The notes under the pieces were generated by a model. That model ran no database searches. It was not told the origin of the DNA and worked only from the letters and a program-made list of their open reading frames with translations. A stretch of DNA of 64,000 bases from contig MU008223.1 of the NCBI GenBank assembly GCA_010909165.1, positions 1-64,000 on the forward strand, read 5' to 3'. A program made the translations under genes and the position numbers. This stretch comes from Anthoceros angustus. Lineage: Eukaryota; Plantae; Anthocerotophyta. Positions 35,421 to 47,639 of this stretch are shown here, one piece after another (the stretch's first letter is position 1; each line of letters starts with the position of its first letter).

Positions 35421-38049
35421 TGGGGACAGCAGGGACCCTAGTGGCCTGTTTGGAAGCGGCAGCGGCGGAGAAGAGCCTCGAGGCGGGCAGCCAGCCTATG
35501 AGACCTCGGGGTAAGTCCATAACTGTCGGGAGGATAGAGATGGGGGCCACTGAAAGGGCGGAAGGAAAATCAACCCGACCCAAGACAAGGGTGGGTGGGT
35601 GAGATGAGGGCCTAGCGATGGTGGTCTGAGATGGTCCAGGCTTAGGGACGGACCGTGCTCCGGATTTGAGTCCGAACCCGAGATGAGGCCGGACCAGCGG
35701 ACGGACTCGGGAATAAGCGAGACTCGATTGAACTCGGTCGGGGCCGGACCAAGAGTCGGACTCGGGAAAGCGGAGGAGTCCCCTCGGACTTCGGCTGGCC
35801 CGGTCGGTCGGTGGCCCCTACAGGAGGACCCACTCGGGGCGAGCGTTGTAGCGTGGTCGTCCAGGTGCTTGTGTAACGGCGAGTTCGGGAAGAGGAAGGT
35901 CCCCGCGGATCATCCGATTAGGGTCAATGTCGGAGACGGAGATTGGACCACCAATACCGAAGGCAGACGGACCAGGACCTTCCCGGACACCGGCGGCCAG
36001 GAGATAGGAGGAAGGAATAGGATGGTAGGCGGCGATTAGGGCGTCTAGTGAGCCACCCATTTCGAGAATGGGGTGTAATAAAGGCAGACTTGGGCGTAGT
36101 ATAAGAGGCTGTTTGCTCACATAAATCATCTTCTCTTGGTGTTGATCGCGTTTCTTGCAGACCCTTGTGTCTTCATGCTAACGTGAGTCACAGGTCATGG
36201 CCGAGCACAGCAGCTCGAGAGGCGTCAGGTCACAGTAGCGGACCCCTAGCATGTGATGGTGTGCGGGGAAGAAGCGGCGGGGACCCGTGTTCGTCAGGCG
36301 GGGCCCGGCGTCAGCGGGCCGGAGCGTGTGAGCGGAGGAACTCGGGAGGCGTCTGAGCCAGCCGAAGAGGCCCGGTTGAAACGGAGGAGAGTCGGGCGTA
36401 ACCACTTGCGTTCTTTCAAGGTTGATGGCGTAGTGAGGTGATGAGAGCGGACTAAAGGCAGTAGCGTGCGTAGACGTCTGACGCCAAGCGGGTCCTTAAG
36501 CGTTGTACACGGGCATTCGGTGAGCGTTATGAGTAGTTAGGCGCCAAGCGATTGCGATTGCGTGTGTTAAAGTTGGCGCAAAGTAAGGTGAGAATCGATT
36601 CGGAAGCAGCGGCAGCGGAGCTTATCATTCTCTTGAGCCGGACTCCCTTTTCACTAGCGACCTTGCGAGTTATGCGGTGGCGAAATCGGTAGCAGCTCCA
36701 CCGGCTGAAGGATCGGCAAATTAAATCACAGCATCGTGTGCTCTTGGATGGACAAGAACATGACAGCGGGGTTTTTATGTCATAGAAGGGACGAAGGCAC
36801 ACGGCGGGTGATTATTGACCTATCCGACAACTCCTATACTCTTCACTATTCGAGCCCTTGAATTGGGCTTCTAGCTGCCCCCTCCAGCTCTTGCGAGCAG
36901 GAGGGCGTAAAAGAAATGGTAGCAGGCGTTGGTTTTAAGGGCATATTGCGGAAGCTGACGGCGCGGTCTTTGCTGTGTCTATACTATTCCGATGGTAGGT
37001 CGAGTCAGACTGCACATTTGCGAGGAAGCGAAGGCGCAGCACCTCAGCCTGCATAGCCCTAAGCCCGAGCTTGGCGTGGCGCAATGCACCACCGCTTCGC
37101 ACCTAATTGCGGTTTGGCTAGTGCTGAAAATTAACGTGCAAACCTGCGAGGCGCATGATTGTTTCATTGGTGCATGCACCCACACGTGTTGGCACCCTAC
37201 ACCATTATCGTTCGCGATCTTCAAGTCTTGATTTTATCGGCCGTACGCCTCCGGCGCCAATCGACATCAGACCATGATGTATGCCAAGATGCCAATCCAT
37301 TGTCATGAGCCAATGACGTTGAGTCGTGATGTGACCTCAACGCAATCGCTTGAACCTAGGTTTTGGCGTCCTTGGATTATGGTGTGCCAAGGTATGTCCC
37401 GGTTGGCATGGTGCTATTTAATTATGTACCACGGAGGCTCATTTGCAGAGGGAAAGGGCCCGCGAATTCACCAATGGCGGCGGCTGATGTCATGTCGCAA
37501 TATTTTGGCACGCGGCATAGTTGGTGGCAATATCACGCATCGACTCGAGCTGCGGTGTAACGAATACGCATCAACGGCTTGAATTGCATCCATACTAAGG
37601 TCGGGAGGCAGGGAGAGTGTCCATACGGGCTTTCACTATCGATTCATGTCGGTCCTGGCCTCGCTCTCCTTCAAGGCAAGAGCACCATTGAGGTCCTCCT
37701 CCTCTACCTCATCTCAAGCTTGTATTTGGGGATGCTTTGGTTGTGTTGCGGTGCATGAGGGCTGTTTTGTGGGCATGGCAGTTTGAATGCCCGTTGCGGT
37801 GGGTGTTTGCGGAATTAGGGGATGGCGGCGGACCAAGCAGGCGGTGACTACGGCCGCTTTCTTGCGTGCATAGAGGGATATCAAGCAAACCTACGCGGAT
37901 TCGTGGGCACTTTGGCAGCTTCCGGAATGCCATCCAGACTTTTCAGACAACGACGCCCGGATGTGGGTAGCTGTTCTGCAGACGAGCGCTGCCGCCCGGG
38001 ACGCGCACACGTGCGTGCTTATTGTTGGGAGGTGCTTGCTCGAAATTAC

Positions 38050-38340
38050 ATAGTGGATGACCACACTGCCTAACCTGAGGATCGGTGAATGGTTTGACAA
38101 GCAGCGCCGGATTTGGTGGGCGCTTTTTTCAGCTTTGCAGAGTCGAGTCAGGCAAGGATGCCATTCCTCTGCCGATCCTCGTAGCCACACGGTTGCGGGC
38201 ATGGCCCGGCATCCAATTGAGGTAGGCGGTGCACATGAATTGATTATAGGTGATGGTAGAAATTACATGGCGAGCCGTCGGATGAGTCTGGTCGTGATGC
38301 CTCTAATTTTTACTCGATATTGGCGGTGAAGTTGGCTCGG
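38050..38340 (+). pseudogene. Highly degenerate LINE (non-LTR) reverse transcriptase fragment
   Basis: VNG...FFQL / SRVRQGC resembles the L1-type INGxxSxxFxLxRGVRQGCPLSP motif, followed by ELIIGDG. Confidence 0.4.
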
Positions 38341-38496
38341 TTCATTGAGCTTGATTCGACATTTCACTTTGTCAAGCCATGTGAGCTCGCAATTTTGCGT
38401 CAGAGACAAAAGCATACTTTTTTTACTGGAATGCAACCGTAATAGCGCGTATGCCCAAAATACAAAGTTCAATGTTGTAATAAAGTGTTCCGTCTC

Positions 38497-41250
38497 TGTG
38501 GGAGAAAAACCCCGGGGCTCCCAAGATTCACCCTCTAGTGGCCACACTTATCCCTTTGTCACTTTCGATCGTGAATTTCGTCCCATAAGACTTGTGTGGA
38601 CGGATTACGAGAGATCGTTGCCTTCACCCATTCACAACCTTGGCCCCTCAACAAGCAAGGCGCCCTCTAACTCTCCCTCTACAACAGCTGCACCACTTGC
38701 ACTGCTCTGAAAATTCACCAACTCCCGACCTACAACAATACAACACAACTGTAGGCCATGCCTCAGCGGAAAGGAGCCCACCACGGGCGTCCAGGGACCC
38801 CATGACCCACGCCGCGATTTCGTCCCTACCTCTAAGACTAACTCTTCCAACAATTTGAGCTCCCTCTTGTTACAAATTTGGGATTCGTCCCTAAGGCTCT
38901 GCTTGTGGCCTTCCACTATTTCCTACACTCTAATCTTCTACTCATCATCCCACTCATCATCATCCTCAATGCTCAACTCAACTCATCATCCTCCTCCTAA
39001 TCTAACTTCACTTCAAGCTCACTGGCCCCGGCTCGTTTTTACGGCACAACTGCCTGGGGTTTAGGGTGCCGCCTACAAGCCAGCAAGTTCTTCCTTGGGC
39101 CGGTTGCTATGAGTTTGACACCAGACAGCGAGAACCTCCAGGGAGTCTTTACCCTTTCTAGTGCCGCTCTCAAACGCTCTTCCGCCTAACTCTTGGCGGC
39201 TTCCATCTCCTCAGCCTTCTTGGTTAAACTGGCTTCCCTCCCCAAGACTTGGTCTATCATTTCCACACATTCATCAACCCATTGGTGAGTCTATCTCGCT
39301 CTTTGGCCAAGTCCACAGTGTTGCTTCTCGGAGGTTCTCTTGAGCTCCCATGAGCTTCTTGTCCACATCATCCAACTCCTTCTTCACATCCCGAAGTTCA
39401 AGACGAACTTCGGCTTCCCTCAAACTTTCTACCGGGCATCTACTAGCTCTAGTCCAATCTCCTACTCGGTAACCATTCTGAAAGATTCCAGTGCTCTCAT
39501 CACACCTCCCTCTGCTCCTCTTCTGGTCGTGGGTCACCAACATTCCTCGGTCTTCCTTGTCGCCCTCTACTCCCATGGCGACAAGCCCGTCACCTCCTTT
39601 GGTAGGAGCTTGTTCTCCTCTGTAGGTCCTTCCCTGTAGCTCCTCCCGTAGGAGCTACTTCCTTCGTGGTAGTCCGGTTTCTCTCACGGCCCTCCCCTAT
39701 TTGGTGGTGACGCCTACCAATGTGAAGCCCCATGGTAGGTGGTCGGAGTCCTATCCTACCTTCTCTGTAGGAGGCGCCATAGGCTCCTTCTCCTTCCCCT
39801 TGTCGTTCTTGGTTCCTGATCCTGAGGCTTCATGCTGGTGGGCTGGGGGTGGTGGTCTCTTTCCAGATGGTCGACTGTCTACCTCCTCCTGGTCCTCTGC
39901 TGCCATGGACGGCTCTCCTTCCACCACTCGGACCAAGGAAGCTTCTATCTTAGCTTCCTCCAGTTCCTCCTCCTTTAGAACTTCCTCCCTATGGTATAGA
40001 TGCACTAGGAAGGTGGAGACAAAACTGATTTTGGCCTCCTCACTCATCAAATGATTCCTATGAGCCACCACACATAGAGAATGCTTGCCCAATCTACCAA
40101 CTTGCCCTTGGACATCTCATAGATCATCATAAGGTGGGAATTGCCTATAGGTCTTCCTAGCTGCACAGATCAATCCCAAATCTTGGCGAAGAGATTCCAC
40201 TTCCTCTCCTTGAACATGGAAACTGCCAACCATTACCGAGACCAAACTTCCTCCTTGGGTCGTGGAACATATCCATGGTCGCTTTCAAAATCGATTCTTG
40301 GAAAAGCGGGCGATGGGATGATTCCTCCTTTGTGCGCCTCGGGTATCAAGAAATCGTTTCTGGAAATGGCGCACCTTCCACGTTCTAGGATGACTTGATG
40401 ACGTCCTCGGGCACCGGCCTCGCTCTTGTGGCTCGCGCGCACACTCCTCGGCATGGATGGATTCGGACACCACCTAGCACCCACTCGCCTCTTCCTCGAC
40501 TTGCGACTCTCTAAGCTCGCGCCTTCTTGCCTGAGCCTCCGCTCTTGTGGCTCGCGCGCATGCCTCCTTGAAAAGTCACAAGCCTCCTCACGCCTTCGTC
40601 GTTCTTGCTCCGAAACATGGGTGGTTCCCTTCTCCTCTCACGAAATCGCTAGACCGTCCTCTTTCATCATAAAACTCCCTTCTTCCATTTCGCTCAGCGT
40701 CTTCCCCTCTTGCTCATGCCGTCTCCTTGGTTTACTTCCCAAACGACCAAACCACAGCTTCTTGAGGGTTTTGCAGTACATCTGATTTTAGTAGGGATTT
40801 CTCATTCGCCGCGATGTCCATACGTGGCACCATCGGTGCTTCCATTCAAAACTTGATTTGCTATATCGCCTTTAGCTGCATATATGGTCCTCAGATGCTC
40901 GATTTGAGGACCAAGGAAGTTGCCTTCCTTGCTCTTGAAATAATCGCTCAACTTTTCCTACCAAGGCCAAGGGTCACCTACATCCTCACGAGGATCAAGG
41001 TACTTTTCCTACCACGACCTACCAAGGTCCAAGGACTTTTGCTTATAAAACTAAGTACATTTGTTAGCCTGAGTTTCAAGGGTTAGTACCCTATTGGAAA
41101 AATTCAAAGTCCCATTCCTACTCTGACCTCCCAACATCCTACCGGTATATGACGTCTCGAATCACGATCCTGCTACACTGGTCAACAACCTCCTACCTGT
41201 CGACTTTCCTATATCCTACCTAGATGACCAAACTTTTCACTCCACACACA
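38497..41250 (+). mobile_element. GTGGGAG-family element terminus followed by a degenerate minus-strand charged/coiled-coil ORF (about 39150-40800)
   Basis: TGTGGGAG start with the conserved block. Minus-strand peptides HLMSEEAKISFVSTFLVHLYHREEVLKEEELEE and LELRDVKKELDDVDKKL look like retroelement accessory ORFs (inference). The right boundary is uncertain. Confidence 0.45.
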
Positions 41251-41549
41251 CACATGTCACCCTATGGCATTAAGGACATTGAGCATGTTGGGTTTCAAAA
41301 TTCAAACTATAATTAAATAATCAAGGATCATTAATCATAATTTATTATTGAAAATTATTTAAAGTGACAAGAATTTCTTCAATCAATCTAAATTATTTTT
41401 AATATTATATAATGTATTCGGACTACTCAAATAACTCAAACTACTTTTGATTTGTCTTTCATGTTTGAAACTTTACAATTTGGTTCGGATAATGTTGGCT
41501 TTGTGGGAGGGAGCCAGCCCTGCCCTTACCATCCTTAGCGCTATGTGCG

Positions 41550-41700
41550 CTTAGCATCCTCAGCATCTGCCTTTAGCATCCTAATCATCCATCCTTAGAA
41601 TCCTAATCATCCATCCTTAGCATCCTAATCATCCATCCTTAGCATCCTAATCATCCATCCTTAGCATCCTAAGCATCTTCCCTTAGCATCGTAAGCATCG
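41550..41700. repeat. 22-bp tandem repeat (TTAGCATCCTAATCATCCATCC), about 4 units plus degenerate units
   Basis: Directly visible in the sequence. Confidence 0.9.
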
Positions 41701-41759
41701 CAACCTACTCCGACAAGAGCTAGATCCTTAGGCATTCCCTTTCACCACATCCTTGTGCC

Positions 41760-42011
41760 TCAACTTGTCAAAACGTAGTGTGATGTTTGACTCATCACAT
41801 TTGCATGACCAAATCCAAGGGCATTCCACATTACGACATCCTTTTGTGGCCATCGATAAAACCGCGCATCTTTCAACTCGCGGATCTTGCACACATGTCC
41901 CACACCAGCGGTTGGCAACAAAAAGTTAGTAGGCTGCCGCATTCGACAATGACAAATGCATAGGGTTTGAAGAAGCATTAAAGATTCACTCTCAACTCGG
42001 TAGCTCGACAA
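41760..42011 (-). pseudogene. PLS-class pentatricopeptide repeat (PPR) gene fragment
   Basis: CKIRELKDARFYRWPQKDVVMWNALGFGHA resembles the PPR consensus KCGxLxDARxVFxxMPxKDVVxWNAxIxGxA. Confidence 0.6.
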
Positions 42012-44293
42012 GGATGGCTTGGGACCGATCGCGATCTCGTCACGCCAAATTGTTCACTTTTTCTTTTGGTCCTTCACCGAGGTGGAGCTCCGGCTTGGTG
42101 GATGGGGTGCGCATCAAGCTCGGTTGATCGATCGGCGCTCGGCGATCGAAAGGTAATCAAACATATGCCAGGCATTATACATCGAGGCTCGAACTTCACC
42201 CCCCACGTGGTGAAGTACAAAATGTTGAACCGCCGTCCGCGGCTACTACTTGCACACTCCGGTAGCGGTGGGGACTGCCAACCCGGTCGGCTCAGTTCGG
42301 CCCAGGCAACTCCACGTCTTGGTCACTAGATTGAAAATGCAAGAATCTAGTGATACCATTGGATCCTCCCATCCAGCGGACTGTCTCGGCGACAACAATG
42401 TAGCCGTCACTGTGGGCTGCTGCGAACGTGTCGGGAACCCACAAGGCACTCCGCCTCAAGCTCGGATCAGCACCAAAATAAATCGCAATATCTCCGTGGA
42501 AGGAAGGACAAATCCATCTCGACGGCCCTTGAGCTCCTAGGCCTCTCTTCAGCGGCTCCACGCACATTAGCAGGGACTCACATCACGATCATTAAATTTT
42601 GCAGCATGCTCCTCCAAGAAAGAGGCGACCTCGTATCGTGTACCACCGCACGCATGCTCGGCGAAATCGCTTGCCAATGGCGAGAGGACACGCCGCCCCG
42701 TCGGGGAGGTTCTCCCACAATGTTGCGTCCATATCGCGGCCCCCATCGCTACGACTTGGGGTCCAAAACAGCGAGCCGTAGCATCACCTGATGCGCCATA
42801 TCTCGCTCTGCACCAAGTTCCCAAGCAAGTGCACAACAAATTGTAGATTTTTGCTGCAACTTGGAACTCAACGGTTCAATGATATTGGACTAATACAAAA
42901 CCCTACATATATAGCCGAGACTAAAATTGTGAAACAAAGAACATGATAATCCTAGAAGGGGATTAATATGAACCCCTTCCACACTTTCAAAACCCCTTCA
43001 CAAAAGACATCGTTAGAAATGCGCATTATGGCGAATCCACGATTAAGCGCACCATGCTAAAACCCTTTTTCTTGGAAAACTACTGATTCAAAAATCCATG
43101 AAACAAAAGGTCTTTGTTGGCGCGGTGGCACGATCCAGCTTCCTTGCCCTATGGTTTCTTACAAATCTTGAAAGGAAATCATGATCTCACAGTTTCAAAA
43201 ACCTCTTCATCCAAAAGTCTTCCCTCTACAAAGATCCTTCATGCGGTGATTTGAGACTCATCGTGCTTGGGTGGCTTCAATCTAAAATAAGCGCTAGGTT
43301 GCGCATGCATTCCAATTCTCTGCGTCGGCCATTTCTGCAAAGTCTTGGCGTCTTCATCTTCTTCGTTGTCTCTTTCCTCCTTGTCACCACCACTGCAGAC
43401 GCCATACGGTGTCCGAGGTTTGTGGTCCTTCCTCCCAAGTCCCCTGTTTGCATTTTCATCCTCCTTGCACCAAGTAGAACAACTTTGAGCCCTCAAACAA
43501 TTTTTTCACTCATACAAACCTCTTTGGCCCAGGCTGTCGCTCCTCTCGGTGGCGTCGAATGAGCTCCTCTTTCCGATCAGCAAAACCTCGAAACCTTTGT
43601 TTCGAGGTTAACATCTGCTCGTTCTGCGTCCATGGATTCTGCTTCGGCTCCTTCAGACGACACTGCTTCTTCCGACCCAGGTGACCTTATGACTGAGTTT
43701 TTCACTCAGCCCTTTGTTTTCCCTGACTCTAGTCTTTTACCTTCTGCTCCCTCCCTTGCCTCTTCACCTCAAGCAACATCCATCCCTATAGTTCCTACTC
43801 GAGAGGGGGAAGATGAACAGGCCATTGTTAATCCTTATGAAAATAGAGAAGACTTTGGTGCTCTTAATCCACAAGACCAGATTCTGCTCCACCTCTCCGT
43901 AATACTTGATCCATCCCCACGAAGATATCCTTCACGTCATCGTCAGCAAGACACCTCTGGAATGAGATCCCCTTTGATTTAGAGTTCAATCAAGCTGGCT
44001 ACACCACCACTGCTGCAGGTCATTTCAACGCCTTCAGTGTTGCCCCTTCAGAGGGAGATCCTCTCACTCTGCAAGAGGCATATTCGCGACCTGATGCAGC
44101 TAAGTGGAAGTTCGCTATTGATGATGAATATAATTCTCTTATCAAAAACAATACTTGGACTCTAGTAAACTTGCCTAAAGGCAGAACTACTGTCAAATGC
44201 AAGTGGGTTCTCAAAACTAAATTCCAGGAGGTTGAACCTCGTATTCGCTATAAAGGCGAGACTAGTGGCTAAGGGTTATAGTCGAGAAGAGGA

Positions 44294-45133
44294 GTGGACT
44301 ATCGAGGCGATAAGGTTTATTCACATGTAGTCAAGGCTGCTTCCGTGAGAATGCTCCTGGCTTTATGTGCCGAGCTTAATCTGGAAATTTATCAACAGCG
44401 TTTATCTGCTTTCCTTTATGGTCATCTGCAAGAAGAGATCTATATGGATCAACCAGAAGACTATGAAGATGAGCAATACCCAAACAAGGTGTGTAAACTT
44501 ATTCATTCTATTTACGAACTAAAGCAAAGCCCACGTTTATGGTATGAGAGAATGGACTCTTACCTCAAGAAGATAGGTTTTATCCAAAGTGAAGCAGACA
44601 CCAATATCTATGTACTCCACAAGGATAGCTCCCTTGTGCTGGTTGCACTATATGTTGATGACTTAGTTATTCCTGGCAACAATATTGAACTAGTTAACAA
44701 GATTAAAGCTGACCTTAGTAAAGAATTCGAGATGAAGGATCTCGGCAAAGTTAAATATATTCTTGGTATGCATGTACATAGAGATACCACTGGTGCTATC
44801 TATCTCCACCAAGGAAGATATGTAGCTGGTATGTTAAAACACTTTAATTTGGAGAATGCACGTGCGGCTGCCACACCTGGAGCCGTAGGTGTTAAGCTTT
44901 CATCTGCTACCTGTCCACAATCTGAACAGGAAAAGAAAGAGATGGAAAATATTCCTTATCATATGGGAGTTGGTACTCTCATGTTCTTGAGTCAGACCCG
45001 GACACGATATCTCAAATCAGTAAATGCTATTGCTCGGTTCTCGGAGAATCCGGAAAGGATCACGGGTTGCTCTCAAGCGCATCATGCGGTACCTCAAGGG
45101 TACTCCAAATTATGGCCTCTGCTTCAAGCCTAG
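44294..45133 (+). CDS. Copia reverse transcriptase (RVT_2), best-preserved ORF of remnant 43560-45970
   Basis: SAFLYGHLQEEIYMDQPE, LKQSPRLWY, VALYVDDLVI, FEMKDLG, ILGM. Confidence 0.95.
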   Translation: MDYRGDKVYSHVVKAASVRMLLALCAELNLEIYQQRLSAFLYGHLQEEIYMDQPEDYEDEQYPNKVCKLIHSIYELKQSPRLWYERMDSYLKKIGFIQSEADTNIYVLHKDSSLVLVALYVDDLVIPGNNIELVNKIKADLSKEFEMKDLGKVKYILGMHVHRDTTGAIYLHQGRYVAGMLKHFNLENARAAATPGAVGVKLSSATCPQSEQEKKEMENIPYHMGVGTLMFLSQTRTRYLKSVNAIARFSENPERITGCSQAHHAVPQGYSKLWPLLQA

Positions 45134-47639
45134 CGGAAAGAAGCATCACTCTTGACATGCTTTGTCGATGCATTGGGCTTGACACACGAAAAAGTATCTC
45201 GATATTGCTTTCTTCTGGCTCCTTTGTTAATTGGTCTTGTAGAAACAAGCTGCAATATCACTTTCATCAGAATCGAGTACAACTCACGAAGCCACGAAAG
45301 AGGCTGAATGGGAAAGAAAGCTATGTGAAGATTTGGATATGAAGCGGAAGAGATAGCGGTGCTTAATTGTGACAATATGTCACCATTGCTCTTGTCGCTA
45401 ATCCGTCTTTCATGCGCCGAAGCATATTGAGATTCAACACCATTATATTCGTGACTGTTGAGAGAGGAATTGTTAAGGTATAGTATGTACCCGGATGACA
45501 ATACAAGATATCTTGACAAAATCCTTGCGAAGTTCAAACACCTTCCACAGAGAAGGGCTTGGATTGGTTGGTATGTGACTTTTGCACTTGGACCAATCAC
45601 ACATTTGGTGAGCCGCATCTTATCTCAGAACGTTCAGTTACTTGAAGTTGACAGCTATTGTAGACCGCTTCAATCTTACTTGCGACCGGTGACGATCGGT
45701 GAGTTGAGTTTAGTTGAAGACCGTAGTACTTATACAATACTCCTAAATGATTATTAGTTCTTTGATTTAGATAACCCAACTAGTATGAGAGGAGAGTTAG
45801 AAGTACATACCGCGTTGGTTATGGTTAGCCAAGCAGCGTGGTCATACCCTTTGGTATCTTGTCAAGAGGTACAACTCTTCATACACAGCTATAAAAGCCC
45901 ACCTCTTGTAATCAATTGTATCAATTAGTAAGCACTAAACTTTGATCAAACGCTTCCAGCACCTCAAACTCGGGCGCCGTGGTGGACTCCTTTCCACTGA
46001 GGCATGGCCTCAATTGTGTTGTGTCGTTGTAGGTCGGGAGTTGGTGAATTTTGGGCGGCAAAGTGGTGCACTGTAGAGGGAGAGTTAGAGGCGCCTTGCT
46101 TGTTGAGGGGGTGAGGTTGTGAATGGGTGAAGGCGATTGATCTCTTATCCGGCTATCCACACAAGTCTCATGGGACGAAACCCAACGTCTTGGCGGCATG
46201 GAATAAGTGTGGCCACTAGAGGGTGAATCTCGGAAGCCCTAGGATTTTCCTCCCACGTAATCATCACTTGCTCAAAGTATCTCTAGCATTAAGCGGATAA
46301 ACAATAGTACAAGTGTTTATAAAGTCTAGGTAGTTACGTAGTTGTAACCAAAATAACCAATTAGCTAAAATGAGTGACTACTTCTAGCCCTGTGATTTAA
46401 TTAAATATTAATCTAGACACTTCTAGGTGCCCTAATAAATAGTGTCCAAATTATCTTAATATTTCATCAAATTCCAGGATGTTGAAGTCCATGATCGAGA
46501 TTTGAGAAACCGCTATCGAGAATACACCTTCGGACAACTATATATGTAACATACTGGGATTGAATAATTAGAGCATTCGCAAGCAAAGCTCTATTTAGGG
46601 TTTTGTTTTGCATCACTGCACCGAATCTGCAACACATTTGAGGGCACAGTTGAGGGCACGGCATGGGGGTGAGCGCAACTTCCTAGCACTTCAGTGGTTT
46701 AGGAACAGAGGACTTGCACGCGAAGGCCTCCGATCGCGAGGTCTTTCGCGAAGGCAACCCACAAGCGGGCAGCAGTGCAGTGGCGCACCAAGCTGGTTCG
46801 AGCATCAATGTTCAAGGTATGCGACTTTCAACGCTCTGATCACATGGAGCATGTCGGTTTGGAAACCCCTGGTTTGAAACCTTGACATGTTTTGAAACAG
46901 GTTTCAAAACCCTTGTTTGAGATACGGTTTCAAAACCCTTTCTTTGAGATACGGTTTCAAAACCCTTTCAAGTTTTGAAACCGAGATATGGTTTTGAAAT
47001 GGCGTACACTCTTGTTGTCAGTCTTTTGCTCGTGTTTACGATTTTTGTCAGTCTTATGCCCTCATCCTTGTTTGCTTTGCGCTTCCACCATGGCACGCTC
47101 CCAATGAAGAAAGTTTGGTTTGAAGCGGCTTTTGGGGCTGGGGCACAAAATCGAACAATCCTACGCTTCATCCCGACGTGACCTTGCGCAAAGGAAGTTG
47201 AGGAAAAGCGTGAAGGCCACCAAGTCCAAAGAGCATCCGAAATCCTTAGTGCCTCAAGACTAGGACGATTGTGCAAAGGTAAGCAGGCAAAATCTTTGTG
47301 GCTTCCTCTTCTGATGGCATGTGCAAATAAGGACTTATGAGGATGCATGTTGGTTGTCCTCTAAGGTTGCATCTGCGGAGACTTCATGCCAATGCTTGCG
47401 AATGGTGCTGCCGTTGGCTGCGTCTGCGTCCTAGTGTGCTTGAATTGTCCAGAGTTCAGGGCATCTTCACTCTAATGATCTGTGTAGCAACAATAAAGAT
47501 TTCAGGGCAGCTCCTGTTTTGTTTGCTTGTTTGCTGGATGCTTTTACTTTTACATTTTCCTCCGGCCCTCCTGCTTTGTTAATTAGTAATTCCCGCACCT
47601 AACCTAGTGCCTTGTGCTGCCGTGGTGACTAAGAACATG

